NCBI GenBank assembly: GCA_038128265.1
Contig: JAYPJE010000036.1
Coordinates: 1-43,178 of the forward strand
DNA: 43,178 nt
DNA from: Gemmatimonadota bacterium
Lineage (GTDB): Bacteria; Latescibacterota; UBA2968; UBA8231
Direction of reading: 5' to 3'
The position numbers and the translations under genes were made by a program. A model generated the notes under the pieces. It worked only from the letters and a program-made list of their open reading frames with translations, was not told where the DNA came from and ran no database searches. Shown in pieces: positions 9,033-19,231 of this stretch. The stretch's first letter is position 1. Each line of letters begins with the position of its first letter.

Positions 9033-10480
9033 AATTTACCACCAAAAAACACCGCCAGCGCCTGCTGAAAAAACGGGCGGCGTGCCCCATAGAGCCAACC
9101 TATATACGCCGCACTGCCGCCGATACCCGCCCCCAAACACACCGCAAAACCGCCCAGCGGCTGCAGCGCGTAGCGCAGTGCAATGACCGCACCCGTGGCG
9201 AGCGCAGCGGGCAGCACAAGAGGCTGCAGAACGCGCAGCTGGTCTACCCAACCGATATCGGCGTGGCGTTTTACATAGCGCATCGCCAGCGGTGCACTCA
9301 GCAGGCTGGCGACCAAGATACCCCACACGGCACCCAGACCACCAAAACGCGCAATCAGCGGGTAGAGCAGGAGCGCCAATAGCATCAGCTGCACCCCGTT
9401 AATCTTTAGAATGGTTTGCGGCGTGCCCAACCCATTGAATAGAGGCCCCGTATTGGATAGCAAGGAACGCAGGAATCCGTAGGCGGCCAAGCCCTGAAGA
9501 ATAGGCACCATCGGCAGCCAGGCAGCGCCGAGGAAAGCCACGGTAAAAGGCTCGGCCAACAGCGCCAACAGCAGCGCCATCGGCAGCGTCAGCAGCGCCA
9601 CGCTACCCAGCATCTGCACATACAGCGGTCCCACCTCCTCCCCCGCGCGCACGAGTTGAGCAAAGGCCGGAAAGGCAACGCGACCTACGACGTGGGCAAC
9701 CGCCGTCACCGGCACGTTGGCCAGCAGGTAGGCCCGAGCATACAGGCCCAGTTCGCGCTCTCCTCCTAGGCGCGCTACAAACACGTCATCGATGCTAACG
9801 ACTAAGAAAGAGACAATGGCGGCCGCGCTGACGTAGCGACCATAGGAACTAAGCTGGCGCACGTGCGCCATGTCAAAGCGCCAGCGCGGTCGCCACGATA
9901 TCAACTTCCAGGCAGCAGTCTGTCCGGCAGCGGCGGACAGGACGCGCCCCCATACCAGGCTCCACACGCCGTATCCTGACCAGGCCAGCGGCAGAGCGAT
10001 CAGCGCATAGATCAGCGTCGGCAGCGCATCGACGTAGATTTTCTTATCGAAGGCCAGCTCCCGCTCCAACAGCGCGCTCGGGACGGTACCCACGCCCTGA
10101 AGCAGGGCAATAACGGCTAGGGCGCGCAGCACCTCGACGAGCTGACCCTGATCGGCGCCGGCCAACCAAGAAGCCAGCAGCGGGGCGCCCGCATAGACCA
10201 CACCGTACAACACGAGCCCCACGCCGGCGCTGAGTATAAACGCGCTGTCGCAGCTCTTGCGATCGACTTCGCTGCGAAAGACCAGCGCCTCGCCGACGCC
10301 CAGCGAACGAAGCAGTGCCAGCGCGCCCACGACAACCATGCCAAAGTGCATTACACCGTGTTCGGCCGGCAGCAGCAACCGCATCAGCGCCACGTCGGCA
10401 CAGAGGGCGACTAGGCGACTGCCCATCGTCGAAAGAAAGACGAAGGTTAGGCCGCGCTGTATTTTGCTCTGCAGTGTCAA
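9029..10480 (-). CDS. Wzx-type polysaccharide flippase (WzxC-like, MOP superfamily)
   Basis: 483 aa polytopic membrane protein with GYGVWSLVWG, LGLYARAY and VGRVAFPAF; lies within the GT cluster. Confidence 0.88.
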   Translation of the reverse strand: MTLQSKIQRGLTFVFLSTMGSRLVALCADVALMRLLLPAEHGVMHFGMVVVGALALLRSLGVGEALVFRSEVDRKSCDSAFILSAGVGLVLYGVVYAGAPLLASWLAGADQGQLVEVLRALAVIALLQGVGTVPSALLERELAFDKKIYVDALPTLIYALIALPLAWSGYGVWSLVWGRVLSAAAGQTAAWKLISWRPRWRFDMAHVRQLSSYGRYVSAAAIVSFLVVSIDDVFVARLGGERELGLYARAYLLANVPVTAVAHVVGRVAFPAFAQLVRAGEEVGPLYVQMLGSVALLTLPMALLLALLAEPFTVAFLGAAWLPMVPILQGLAAYGFLRSLLSNTGPLFNGLGTPQTILKINGVQLMLLALLLYPLIARFGGLGAVWGILVASLLSAPLAMRYVKRHADIGWVDQLRVLQPLVLPAALATGAVIALRYALQPLGGFAVCLGAGIGGSAAYIGWLYGARRPFFQQALAVFFGGKL

Positions 10481-11910
10481 GAGCTAGATCCGATAGGCGC
10501 AGAATCAGCTTCTATCGCATCGGAGGGGGCACGCTCCTCCCCCTCAATTTTATAAGCCGATACGACCATGCCACATACCAGCCAGAAGGGCTCCATAATG
10601 CGCACGATAATAAAGGTGTTGGTACCCAATGCGTGTATCATGAGGCCAGCTAGCCCACACATCAACCCCATCGCCAAACCGCGGTAGAGCGGCACGGATG
10701 TCTCCCGATAGAGTCGCATCGATTCTGTATACACTCGGTAAATCATGTAGAAGAAAAACAGCAACCCCAGCAGCCCGGTCTCGACCCAAATGCGCGGATA
10801 CTGCGCGTCTAGGAAACCATATCCGGTCACGCCAAAGCCCCAAAGTGGGCTGCTCAGCCCGTCGCTTAGCGCATTTTCCCAGCTGGCCAGTCGCTCGCTT
10901 GTAGACGTGTCGAGCTCGACGCCACCGATCGACTTTTTCTCCTGCTGCGTATACCCCTGGTTAAAGGTATAGCTGACTCGGTCTACGACGGTGCTTGGCA
11001 TGAACACGGCACCAACGAGAGATAAAACGACCAGGAGAACAACCATGCGCAGGCGCTTGCCGCGGCGAAAGTAGGCAATGGCGGCATAGACGAAGGGCAG
11101 CGCGAGATACGATCCGCGCGATAGCGTTGCAAAAAATGGGACGATCATAAAGGCCAACAGCAGCCAAAGGTAGCGCCGGGCCTTTTTGCTTTGCACGTTG
11201 AGGGCCAATCCCACGGTAAGCGAGCCGACCAAAATCAAGTATCCGCCCAGCGTATTGGGTTCGCCTCGCTCCCCTTCGAAAGGCGCCGAAACGCGCTCTC
11301 CGCTGGGAATCTGCGCAATCGCCGTAAGGCAGACGACAAAGGCCGTTGCCAGCATGACAATTACAAAACGCTCTATCTGCTTCCGGCTCTGTAGGTTGTT
11401 GCAGACGATAAAGTAAACGATGAAATACTCAACGTATTTGAGCACGTAGAAAAAGCCGTTAACGCCGCGCACATGGCCGGTGATAAAACCTATTAGCGTG
11501 GCCAGCAAGCAGACGGCGACATAGCCGCCAATAGCCGAGTTGAGCGGCGTCGGGCGGATCAGGCCCAGATTCTTATTGACCGCCGTACGCGCAAGCCAGG
11601 CAAAACCCAAAAGCACCAGCAGAAAGTCTTCGGCGCGCAGCGTGACACCCCGGCTCGACGTCGTATCGTTGCCGCTCAACCCGCCAGCGCCAAACTCGGG
11701 CGAAAGCAGCATGGAAATAATGAGGAAGTAGATTCCAGCTTCGGCGCTAGCAAAGGCCGATATAAAAACAATCAGGGCAATAACAGACGCGCCGGCCAGC
11801 GCAGGGGGCACCTTTACCAGCACCACCGCCATGCAAAAGGTGAAGAATGCTATAAAGAGCAGGAAGAGCGTTTGCCCTCCCCCCAATGCGCTGCTCGTTC
11901 TAGTGGGCAT
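10477..11910 (-). CDS. O-antigen ligase/Wzy polymerase family membrane protein
   Basis: Polytopic; EPNTLGGYL, TLSRGSY, periplasmic R..SW..A.....SPLWGFG, ETGLLG. Confidence 0.85.
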   Translation of the reverse strand: MPTRTSSALGGGQTLFLLFIAFFTFCMAVVLVKVPPALAGASVIALIVFISAFASAEAGIYFLIISMLLSPEFGAGGLSGNDTTSSRGVTLRAEDFLLVLLGFAWLARTAVNKNLGLIRPTPLNSAIGGYVAVCLLATLIGFITGHVRGVNGFFYVLKYVEYFIVYFIVCNNLQSRKQIERFVIVMLATAFVVCLTAIAQIPSGERVSAPFEGERGEPNTLGGYLILVGSLTVGLALNVQSKKARRYLWLLLAFMIVPFFATLSRGSYLALPFVYAAIAYFRRGKRLRMVVLLVVLSLVGAVFMPSTVVDRVSYTFNQGYTQQEKKSIGGVELDTSTSERLASWENALSDGLSSPLWGFGVTGYGFLDAQYPRIWVETGLLGLLFFFYMIYRVYTESMRLYRETSVPLYRGLAMGLMCGLAGLMIHALGTNTFIIVRIMEPFWLVCGMVVSAYKIEGEERAPSDAIEADSAPIGSSS

Positions 11911-11943
11911 AGGCCTGCAATCTGCAGATAAGGGACGGCCCGC

Positions 11944-14900
11944 TCAGCGGCGCCCAGCGCGAGCGGGACGACCTAGCGCCATGTGGCCGGCCGCCTCGTT
12001 CGCTTCCTCTGCGGTTTCAAACGCACCGGCCAGCACGCGCTGGACCCCGTCGGGGCCAACTTGCACATAGCAAAAGCGCGCCTTTTCGCCCAGACTCTGT
12101 AAAAAGTCGAGCGTCTGCTGCTGGCGGGAAAATCGCCCTAGCTCGAGGGCGTAGGGCAAATAGGCCGGCGCAACTTCATCGACCATGCCCGCCTCGCGCA
12201 GCTGGCGTCCCCCCCGAAATGCCGCATCCCAGCTGGGGTAGCTACCCGACATCAGGCGGACCATTGCATCCCCGTCTGACGGTGGAACGAGAAAGGCCAT
12301 CTGCCCCGTCTGGCGCAGCTTGTTCAGGTTGGGAACCGCCCATTTGCTGGACGAGGCGTAGGTGCCAATGCGCAGCGTATAGGGGCTGACTGGCGACCAT
12401 ACGTGCTCACCGTCTGGGGCCGGAGTCGGTTCCGCTTCAACGCGCGGGCTCGGAGAAACAGCGGCTGGCGCATCGGCAAAAGCGCCGCCTGTGGGCTGGA
12501 GCGACATACTCGCCGTCGCCGCGGTCGCTCGGCTCCCATCTTCTTCCACAGCGTCGACAGCCTCTCTCGGCCCCCCAGCGCTGGTCCGCACCACATCAGA
12601 TGGAGCGTCAACGGGAAGCGGCTGATTGTACAGCGAGAAAACGGGCACTGCACCAAGTGGACGCTGCAGCAAACCGCTCTGCCAGACCAGGCCCAAGCCC
12701 GTTAGGGCGAGCAGCACCGCGCTGGCGGTGCGCACCAGTGCCCCCCGGGCACCGTCCCGTTCTTCCGCTTCATCCCCCTCATCGCGGTTCCCGCCTGCTA
12801 GGGCGGGATCGTATTCGCTGTCGCCTTCTTCCCCATCGCCATCAACATCGTCGTCCCCATCAGCCGGCGGAGTATCCCCCTTGCGCCGTTTAAAAAGGTA
12901 TTCCTGCGCCCTTTCCAACCACGTCAGCGACTCGTTGCCCTCCTCATTACCATAGGCGTAGTAGGAGTTATAGCCAAAGTCGTAGTAGTCAGCGCTGATC
13001 TCGGCCCGTATGCCATTGAGCACAATCCCCAGCAGGTCGACCCCAACGCTATTGAGCAGATTTACGGCGCGCTTGAGCGATGTGCGGGGAATATCGCCCG
13101 CCTTGTACAGCATGAGCGCACCGTCAACTTTCTTGCCGAGAATCGCCGCATCGGTTACGTGCAGTATAGGCGGCGCATCAAAGAGGACGATGTCATAAAC
13201 CTCTCGGACTTCTTCTATGAACTCGGCCATGCGGCTGGAGTTGAGCAGTTCGGCTGGATTGGGCGGAATAGATCCACTGGTGATGATGTGCAAATTGCTG
13301 ATGCCCTGCGTCTGCATCAGGTTTTCCATGCCCATACCGCCGGTGACAATATCCGTCACGGTGCGAATAACCTCGCGCCAGTGGTAGTTACCCACGATGA
13401 CTTCGGCCAGCCCCGGATCTTTGTCGAGCCCAAACATGCGGGCTACCGTCGGCTTGCGCAGGTCGCAATCGACTAGCAGCGTGCGCTTGCCCAATTGCGT
13501 CATCGTCATGGCTAAGTTCGCCATGACCGTACTCTTTCCCTCGCCGCTGGTCGAACTCGTTACCAAGAGCGTTTTGTCACCCTTTTCTACCGTGACAAAC
13601 TCGATATTGGTGCGCAGCGTGCGAAAGGTTTCGGCCAGCGTCGACTGCGGGTCGAAATAGGCGACCAGCTGCGCCATGCGCTGCAGCATCCGCTCGCTCT
13701 CAATCTCATACCCCTGCCGCTCCATCGACTCGGCCACGCTCTCGGCGCGGATGAAGGGCACAACGCCGACGACTTTGGCCCCCGTATATTCCTGCACATC
13801 CTCGATGGTGCCAATGGAGGTGTCGAGCGTCTCGGCAATAACGGCGAAGACGATCCCCAGCACGAGGCCCAGAACCATGCCGAGCACACCGCGCTGCACG
13901 GGGCTCTGCGGATTGTTGGGCAAGGTCGGGACCAGCGCCCGCTGCAAGACCTTTGCCGTTTCGACGCGGTCGGCGGCCCGCATGCGCGCCTGCTCGTACT
14001 CACCGGCGAGGGCCTCGACGATTTCTTGGCGCAAGTAGACTTCGCGCTCGCGACGATCCAGCTCGAGACCGCGCGCCGGCAGGTTGCTGTATTTTTCCTG
14101 CAATGCGGCCAGCTGCCCATCGACCGACTGCAAATCGCCCTGCAGTTTTAACCGCCGCTGGCGCAGTTCGTTCGCCATATTCTCGACCATCAGGTCAATC
14201 TTGGCCTGCACCTGGCGCACGGCGGGATGGTTCTCGGTAAACTGGACCAGCAGCGCATCGCGGTCTAAACGCAGCGCGTTGAGCTGCTGCGCAAAAAGCA
14301 TAAACGCATCGCCCACCTGTTCGCGGCTAACGCCCTGTAGCGTGCGCTGTGAGAGTTCTTGACCGCTCTCTATCTCGCGCATCATGCCGCTAACCGCGTT
14401 GATTACCTGTTCGAGCTGCACCTTGTTGCGACGCTCGTCGGCGATCTGCCCCAGCATCATACTCGCTTCGGCATCAATAGAGACGATGTCGTTATCCTCG
14501 CGGTAGCGCCGGGCGTCCTCCTCTGCCACGCGGAGAGAATCCTTGGCTCCGAGAAGCTGTCCGTTGACAAAGTTTAAATGGTCATCGGACTGCTGATTTT
14601 TCTGCTCGTCGCTGTACTCCTTAAAGACCTGCGATACCGTATTGACGACTTGGGCGGCGCGTTCCGGATCGGTATCGTCAATTTTCACCAAGAGGATCTT
14701 GGCATAGCCTTCCTGATCGATGTCGAGACGATCCTGCAGGTCGATGATGGCCCGCGCGGTATCGTCCTCTGTCTCAGCCGGTATGCTCAGTTCGCGAATA
14801 ACCCGTTTGAGCAGCGGATAGCTCGTTATAACGGACATCTGGGTTTCCAGGTCGTCGCCCCCGGAATAGACCTGGTACAGATTGGCTGCGTTTTGTTCGT

Positions 14901-15069
14901 TGGATATGAGCTGGACTTTAGCCGCAGCCGTGTAGATGGGAATGGGCTGCCAGAGCGTAGACAGTAAGAAACTGAAAAAGCCCAGTAAGAAGGCGGTGAA
15001 CACCACGATCCCCTTGCGACGGCGCAGGATGCGCCAATAGTCGCGCAGGGTTACTTCATACTGGGCCAT
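11944..15069 (-). CDS. wzc: Wzc-type polysaccharide co-polymerase/BY tyrosine autokinase with C-terminal TM and tandem SPOR-like extension
   Basis: TLRDYWRILRRRK N-terminus, periplasmic coiled coils, second TM, Walker A GEGKST, A' VDCDLRKP, B FDAPP, Tyr cluster DYYDFGYNSYYAY, then about 330 additional residues. Confidence 0.9.
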   Translation of the reverse strand: MAQYEVTLRDYWRILRRRKGIVVFTAFLLGFFSFLLSTLWQPIPIYTAAAKVQLISNEQNAANLYQVYSGGDDLETQMSVITSYPLLKRVIRELSIPAETEDDTARAIIDLQDRLDIDQEGYAKILLVKIDDTDPERAAQVVNTVSQVFKEYSDEQKNQQSDDHLNFVNGQLLGAKDSLRVAEEDARRYREDNDIVSIDAEASMMLGQIADERRNKVQLEQVINAVSGMMREIESGQELSQRTLQGVSREQVGDAFMLFAQQLNALRLDRDALLVQFTENHPAVRQVQAKIDLMVENMANELRQRRLKLQGDLQSVDGQLAALQEKYSNLPARGLELDRREREVYLRQEIVEALAGEYEQARMRAADRVETAKVLQRALVPTLPNNPQSPVQRGVLGMVLGLVLGIVFAVIAETLDTSIGTIEDVQEYTGAKVVGVVPFIRAESVAESMERQGYEIESERMLQRMAQLVAYFDPQSTLAETFRTLRTNIEFVTVEKGDKTLLVTSSTSGEGKSTVMANLAMTMTQLGKRTLLVDCDLRKPTVARMFGLDKDPGLAEVIVGNYHWREVIRTVTDIVTGGMGMENLMQTQGISNLHIITSGSIPPNPAELLNSSRMAEFIEEVREVYDIVLFDAPPILHVTDAAILGKKVDGALMLYKAGDIPRTSLKRAVNLLNSVGVDLLGIVLNGIRAEISADYYDFGYNSYYAYGNEEGNESLTWLERAQEYLFKRRKGDTPPADGDDDVDGDGEEGDSEYDPALAGGNRDEGDEAEERDGARGALVRTASAVLLALTGLGLVWQSGLLQRPLGAVPVFSLYNQPLPVDAPSDVVRTSAGGPREAVDAVEEDGSRATAATASMSLQPTGGAFADAPAAVSPSPRVEAEPTPAPDGEHVWSPVSPYTLRIGTYASSSKWAVPNLNKLRQTGQMAFLVPPSDGDAMVRLMSGSYPSWDAAFRGGRQLREAGMVDEVAPAYLPYALELGRFSRQQQTLDFLQSLGEKARFCYVQVGPDGVQRVLAGAFETAEEANEAAGHMALGRPARAGRR

Positions 15070-15087
15070 AAATCAGCCTGAGGAGGT

Positions 15088-15738
15088 TTAACGCGTTACA
15101 AAGCGCGGTTTGCGACCGTAGGAGACGGTCTGACCGCCCCCGTCCGCAGCGGACGCGGCATTGTCCGCTCGAACTTCACCACCGCCTACCGCCCCTTCCG
15201 CACCGAGTAGCGTTCCCACGCATTCGGGGGGAATTTCCTCTGTCAGGATGACTTCGCCGCGCGCAAAGAAGGCGATGTCCTGCTCGTGGGCTTTGTCCGC
15301 TAGGACTTCCACCACCAGCGGACCGCTCTTTTCGTGGCTGCGCGAGGCGGCCGTATCCCGGTCGAGGGAGAGGTGCACGTAGTAGCGATCGCCGGAGGTG
15401 ATACCATCGCGGGCGAAGTGGCGCGCCGCAGCGCGCGTGGTCCCCATGTAGAGACGGGCCGGCGGCGGATTCATCGGCTCGCCGTCCATCTCGACAAAGA
15501 AGCTGTGACCGTACAGGGCGCGAATCCCATACTCGTTCATCTCGAAGCGACGCTGCGTTGGATCGTTGGCCAGCGCCGTTAGATCACTCTCTGTAGCATC
15601 GTCGTAGCGCTCCTGCAGCGCCTGTAACACCTGGTCGACAGGCGCATAGCCGTAGGTATCAATTTCCAAGCCAAACTCGTCCGGCTTGTGGCGCAACATA
15701 AGCGATAAAAGCTTTGAAATGCGACTTCTATTTGCCAA
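15088..15738 (-). CDS. kptA: RNA 2'-phosphotransferase (Tpt1/KptA family)
   Basis: SKLLSLMLRH, RRFE, IRALYGHS, LYMGT and VHLS motifs; TTG start. Confidence 0.85.
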   Translation of the reverse strand: MANRSRISKLLSLMLRHKPDEFGLEIDTYGYAPVDQVLQALQERYDDATESDLTALANDPTQRRFEMNEYGIRALYGHSFFVEMDGEPMNPPPARLYMGTTRAAARHFARDGITSGDRYYVHLSLDRDTAASRSHEKSGPLVVEVLADKAHEQDIAFFARGEVILTEEIPPECVGTLLGAEGAVGGGEVRADNAASAADGGGQTVSYGRKPRFVTR

Positions 15739-15919
15739 TTTATCTCGTTATCCCATCGTGGAGGTTGCAGGTTTCAATCCGATTGTCGGCGCGCACGGAC
15801 AGAGCATATAACAGGGCGTTCGCCCTCTACGCAATTGCTCTTAAACTGCCGCGGATCAACTATTTACAGCCGATAATATACTCCATCACTCCCCGCGCGC
15901 AATCTCCGCCCAATCCAAC

Positions 15920-17101
15920 CTAACCCAATTTTCGGCGCAGAAACGTGGGAATGTCGAGGTTTTCCCCGCTGGCAGACGCAGCCCCATTCCCCTCGGTGGC
16001 AACCGAGCGTCGGCGCGTGTGTGCCGGCACGTTTAACTGGGGGTCGAGCGTGCGCACGCCCGGCGTTTCGCCCAATACCTCAGCCGGTGGCTCCGCAGCC
16101 CCCTTCTCGCGCTGGGGAACAGACGGACTCACCCGGCTTTCGCTGCTGAGATTAAAGCCCGTTGCAATGACGGTAACGCTAATCTCATCGAGCATTTGAT
16201 CGTCTTTCACCGTGCCAAAAATGATATTGGCCTCCTGCCCAGCCGCTTCGTAGATCAGCGACATCGCATCGTTGACTTCAAAGAGGGTCAAATTGGAGTC
16301 GGCGGCGATATTAATGAGCACGCCCTTGGCACCGTGAATAGACACGTCTTCCAAGAGCGGACTCTGAATGGCCTTGCGCGCCGCTTCGACGGCGCGGTTT
16401 TCGCCCTTGTGCGTGCCGACGCCCATAATCGCATCGCCCCCCTGCGAAATAATCGTCTTTACGTCGTTGAAGTCGAGGTTGATCATGCCGGGAATCGTAA
16501 TCAAATCGGCAATGCCGCGCGTGGCTTGCATGAGCACTTCATCGGCTTGGAAAAAAGCCTGATCCAAGGTCGTATCGCGGTCGCAGATGCTCAACAGCCG
16601 CTGGTTTTTGATGGTGATGAGCGTATCGACACGCTCCTGTAATTCGTTCAAGCCGGTGTGCGCATTGCGCATGCGCGGAAATCCCTCCATGACAAAGGGC
16701 TCCGTTACAATGCCCACCGCCAACGCCCCCAGATCGCGGCAGATTTCGGCCACCACCGGGGCGGCCCCAGTGCCGGTTCCTCCTCCCATGCCCGCCGTTA
16801 TAAAGACGAGGTCGGCATCGGCTAGGCGCTCGGCTACCTTGTCGCGATCTTCCTCGATGGCCTGACGTCCGACCTGGGGATCGGCACCGGCCCCCAGACC
16901 GCGCGTCACGCCGTCGCCAATACATATGCACGCGTCGGCCGAAGACGTTTCCAGGACCTGGGCGTCCGTGTTGATAGCAATAAATTCGACGCCGTTCATG
17001 CCCGATTGGATCATGCGGTTGATGGCGTTGCCCCCCGCACCCCCTACGCCCACGACCTTGATGCGGGCTTTGCGTTCGTTGTCCACTATTTTAAAACTCA
17101 T
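15920..17101 (-). CDS. ftsZ: Cell division protein FtsZ
   Basis: IKVVGVGGAGGNA, tubulin signature GGGTGTG, NLDFND, C-terminal LDIPTFLRR. Start placed at MSFKIV behind AGGAGAG. Confidence 0.98.
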   Translation of the reverse strand: MSFKIVDNERKARIKVVGVGGAGGNAINRMIQSGMNGVEFIAINTDAQVLETSSADACICIGDGVTRGLGAGADPQVGRQAIEEDRDKVAERLADADLVFITAGMGGGTGTGAAPVVAEICRDLGALAVGIVTEPFVMEGFPRMRNAHTGLNELQERVDTLITIKNQRLLSICDRDTTLDQAFFQADEVLMQATRGIADLITIPGMINLDFNDVKTIISQGGDAIMGVGTHKGENRAVEAARKAIQSPLLEDVSIHGAKGVLINIAADSNLTLFEVNDAMSLIYEAAGQEANIIFGTVKDDQMLDEISVTVIATGFNLSSESRVSPSVPQREKGAAEPPAEVLGETPGVRTLDPQLNVPAHTRRRSVATEGNGAASASGENLDIPTFLRRKLG

Positions 17102-17147
17102 AGCTGCTCTCCTCGCTAATGTGCGTCTGAGGACGCTCAACCCGCGC

Positions 17148-18386
17148 TCAGACCCAGGTTTGGAACCACTCTTTCATGCGCCCGAAAACTGCTTCAAACC
17201 CCGCTTCGTCGAGATTCTCTCCCTTGAGCCATTGACCGGGCTCACTGCGCTCGCCGGCCAGCCGAGCCAGACCAACGGCGGTAGCATAGCTGGGATTGTC
17301 TACTCCGTCGCTCATACCGACCACACCACCCGGTATACCCAGGCGCACCGGCACTTCGAAAATGCGCTCGGCCAGTTCAACCACGCCTTCCATCAGTGCC
17401 CCACCGCCGGTTAGCACAATGCCCGCGCCCAGTTCAAAGCGGGTAACGCCGAGTTGGTCGCGCACGAGCACGAAGATCTCTTCCATACGCGCCTCGATAA
17501 TGTCAGCCAAGAGGCGTCGAGCCACTAGCTGCGGCGGCCGCCCCGCTACGCCCGGCACCTCCACCGTTTCGTCCTCGCCCACTGCGTGCAGCGCGGCCGT
17601 GCCGCTGGCGCACTTGATCTTCTCGGCAATGGGCCATCCCGTGCGCAGACCAATCGCCACGTCGCTGGTGATATTTTGTCCGCCGAGACCAATCACACTG
17701 GTGTAGCGAATACCGCCGCGAGCAAACACGGCCATATCCGTCGTGCCGCCTCCCACGTCGACCAGGCAAACGCCCATATGGCGCTCGTCGGCATCGAGGA
17801 CCGCTGCGCTTGAGGCCAGCGGTTCAAGGGCGATATCGCGCACTTCCAACCCGGCGCGCAAAATGCTTCGGCAAATGTTCTGTGCAGCCGTCACAGCGCC
17901 CGACACCACGTGTACGTGCGCTTCTAGACGCACCCCGAGCATGCCGACCGGATCGGCAATATCGCGCCGGCCGTCGACTATAAATTCTTGAGGCAGGATG
18001 TGCAGCACTTCGCGATCGATTGGGATCTTCACCGCGCCGGCCGCTTCGAGAACGCGCTGGCGATCCTCTTCGGTGATGCGCCCATCGCTGCCGGCCACCG
18101 CCACTACGCCCGAGCTGTTTAGGCTGTTGACGTGTTCACCGGCGATACCCACCGTTACATCCCTTACCGAAATACCGGCCATCAATTCCGCCTGCCGCAC
18201 GGCTTTTTCTACTGCCTGCACCGTCTTTTCGACGTCGGTTACAACGCCGCGGCGCAGGCCCTGTGAAGGGCAGCTACCAAAGCCGAGAATACGCGGCATG
18301 TTTTCCGGCGTCACTTCGGCAATGACCGTGCAAATTTTTGTCGTGCCCAAATCGAGACCGACGACGCGCTTTGTCCCTTCGCTCAT
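17148..18386 (-). CDS. ftsA: Cell division protein FtsA
   Basis: GLDLGTTKI, VDVGGGTTD, VLTGGGA, YATAVGL, C-terminal amphipathic helix; directly upstream of ftsZ. Confidence 0.97.
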   Translation of the reverse strand: MSEGTKRVVGLDLGTTKICTVIAEVTPENMPRILGFGSCPSQGLRRGVVTDVEKTVQAVEKAVRQAELMAGISVRDVTVGIAGEHVNSLNSSGVVAVAGSDGRITEEDRQRVLEAAGAVKIPIDREVLHILPQEFIVDGRRDIADPVGMLGVRLEAHVHVVSGAVTAAQNICRSILRAGLEVRDIALEPLASSAAVLDADERHMGVCLVDVGGGTTDMAVFARGGIRYTSVIGLGGQNITSDVAIGLRTGWPIAEKIKCASGTAALHAVGEDETVEVPGVAGRPPQLVARRLLADIIEARMEEIFVLVRDQLGVTRFELGAGIVLTGGGALMEGVVELAERIFEVPVRLGIPGGVVGMSDGVDNPSYATAVGLARLAGERSEPGQWLKGENLDEAGFEAVFGRMKEWFQTWV

Positions 18387-19231
18387 CCCGCGCCCCCCTC
18401 TTTGCCGCCGACGACCAGCTGGCCTGCATAGCGCAGGTCGATGTAGGTGGGGTTGGGATATTCTCGATAGACTCTCGGCATCATGCGCTTGAGGTGACGC
18501 AGTCGCTCATCGACGCGATCAAAGGGTAAACGCACCTCCAAGCCATCGCCCGCCAAGCGCAAGCCAATGCCCTCGTCGCTCAGGGCGGCGATTTCAGAGA
18601 TACCCATGCAAAATTCCGGATCGACATGACTGGCGCGCTGCCACCAATCGAGCACCGCGCGCAGGGCGTGCGCAGTATCGGCGAGCGCCAGGCCCGGATA
18701 GAGCGAATCGACATCGGTAGCAATACCCGAGATCACCGGCAGATCGACATCGCCCAGCGATTCGTTGGCCAGGCGCTGAGCCGGCAGCAACACGCCTTCT
18801 GCATCAATGCCGTAGGTCTGCTCGAGAGCGACCCAAGCCAGGCGCTGGCGCTCGACCAATTCGACGACCAGGCGATCCGGCGGCTTGCGCATTACTACGG
18901 CGCGCTTGACCCAAGGCACTTCTTCGAGCCGCCGCGCCACTTCGCGCAAGTCGACGTCCAAGACGTTGTCGCCAAGGACCAGACCACTGGCCTGTAAGAC
19001 ATCCTCCCCGCTCAGCAGGCGCAGTCCGTTAACCTCGATGGCAATCAGCTGGAACTGACGGGCAAAGGCACCCGAATGGCGCCACTCCCACCATCCCCAC
19101 ACAGACGTTGCCAGCACCAGCATCGGCAGAAGCAGCCAGGCCATTTTCCAGCTGAAGCGGCGACGGCGCGCTTCGCCATTCCGAGAGACCATTGGGCGCG
19201 CTGACTTTTTGCGCTCGACCTTTTTTTTCAC
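18383..19231 (-). CDS. ftsQ: Cell division protein FtsQ/DivIB
   Basis: Basic N-terminal tail, single TM, POTRA-like domain (IEVNG...PWVKRA), YIDLRY; dcw position. Confidence 0.9.
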   Translation of the reverse strand: MKKKVERKKSARPMVSRNGEARRRRFSWKMAWLLLPMLVLATSVWGWWEWRHSGAFARQFQLIAIEVNGLRLLSGEDVLQASGLVLGDNVLDVDLREVARRLEEVPWVKRAVVMRKPPDRLVVELVERQRLAWVALEQTYGIDAEGVLLPAQRLANESLGDVDLPVISGIATDVDSLYPGLALADTAHALRAVLDWWQRASHVDPEFCMGISEIAALSDEGIGLRLAGDGLEVRLPFDRVDERLRHLKRMMPRVYREYPNPTYIDLRYAGQLVVGGKEGGAG

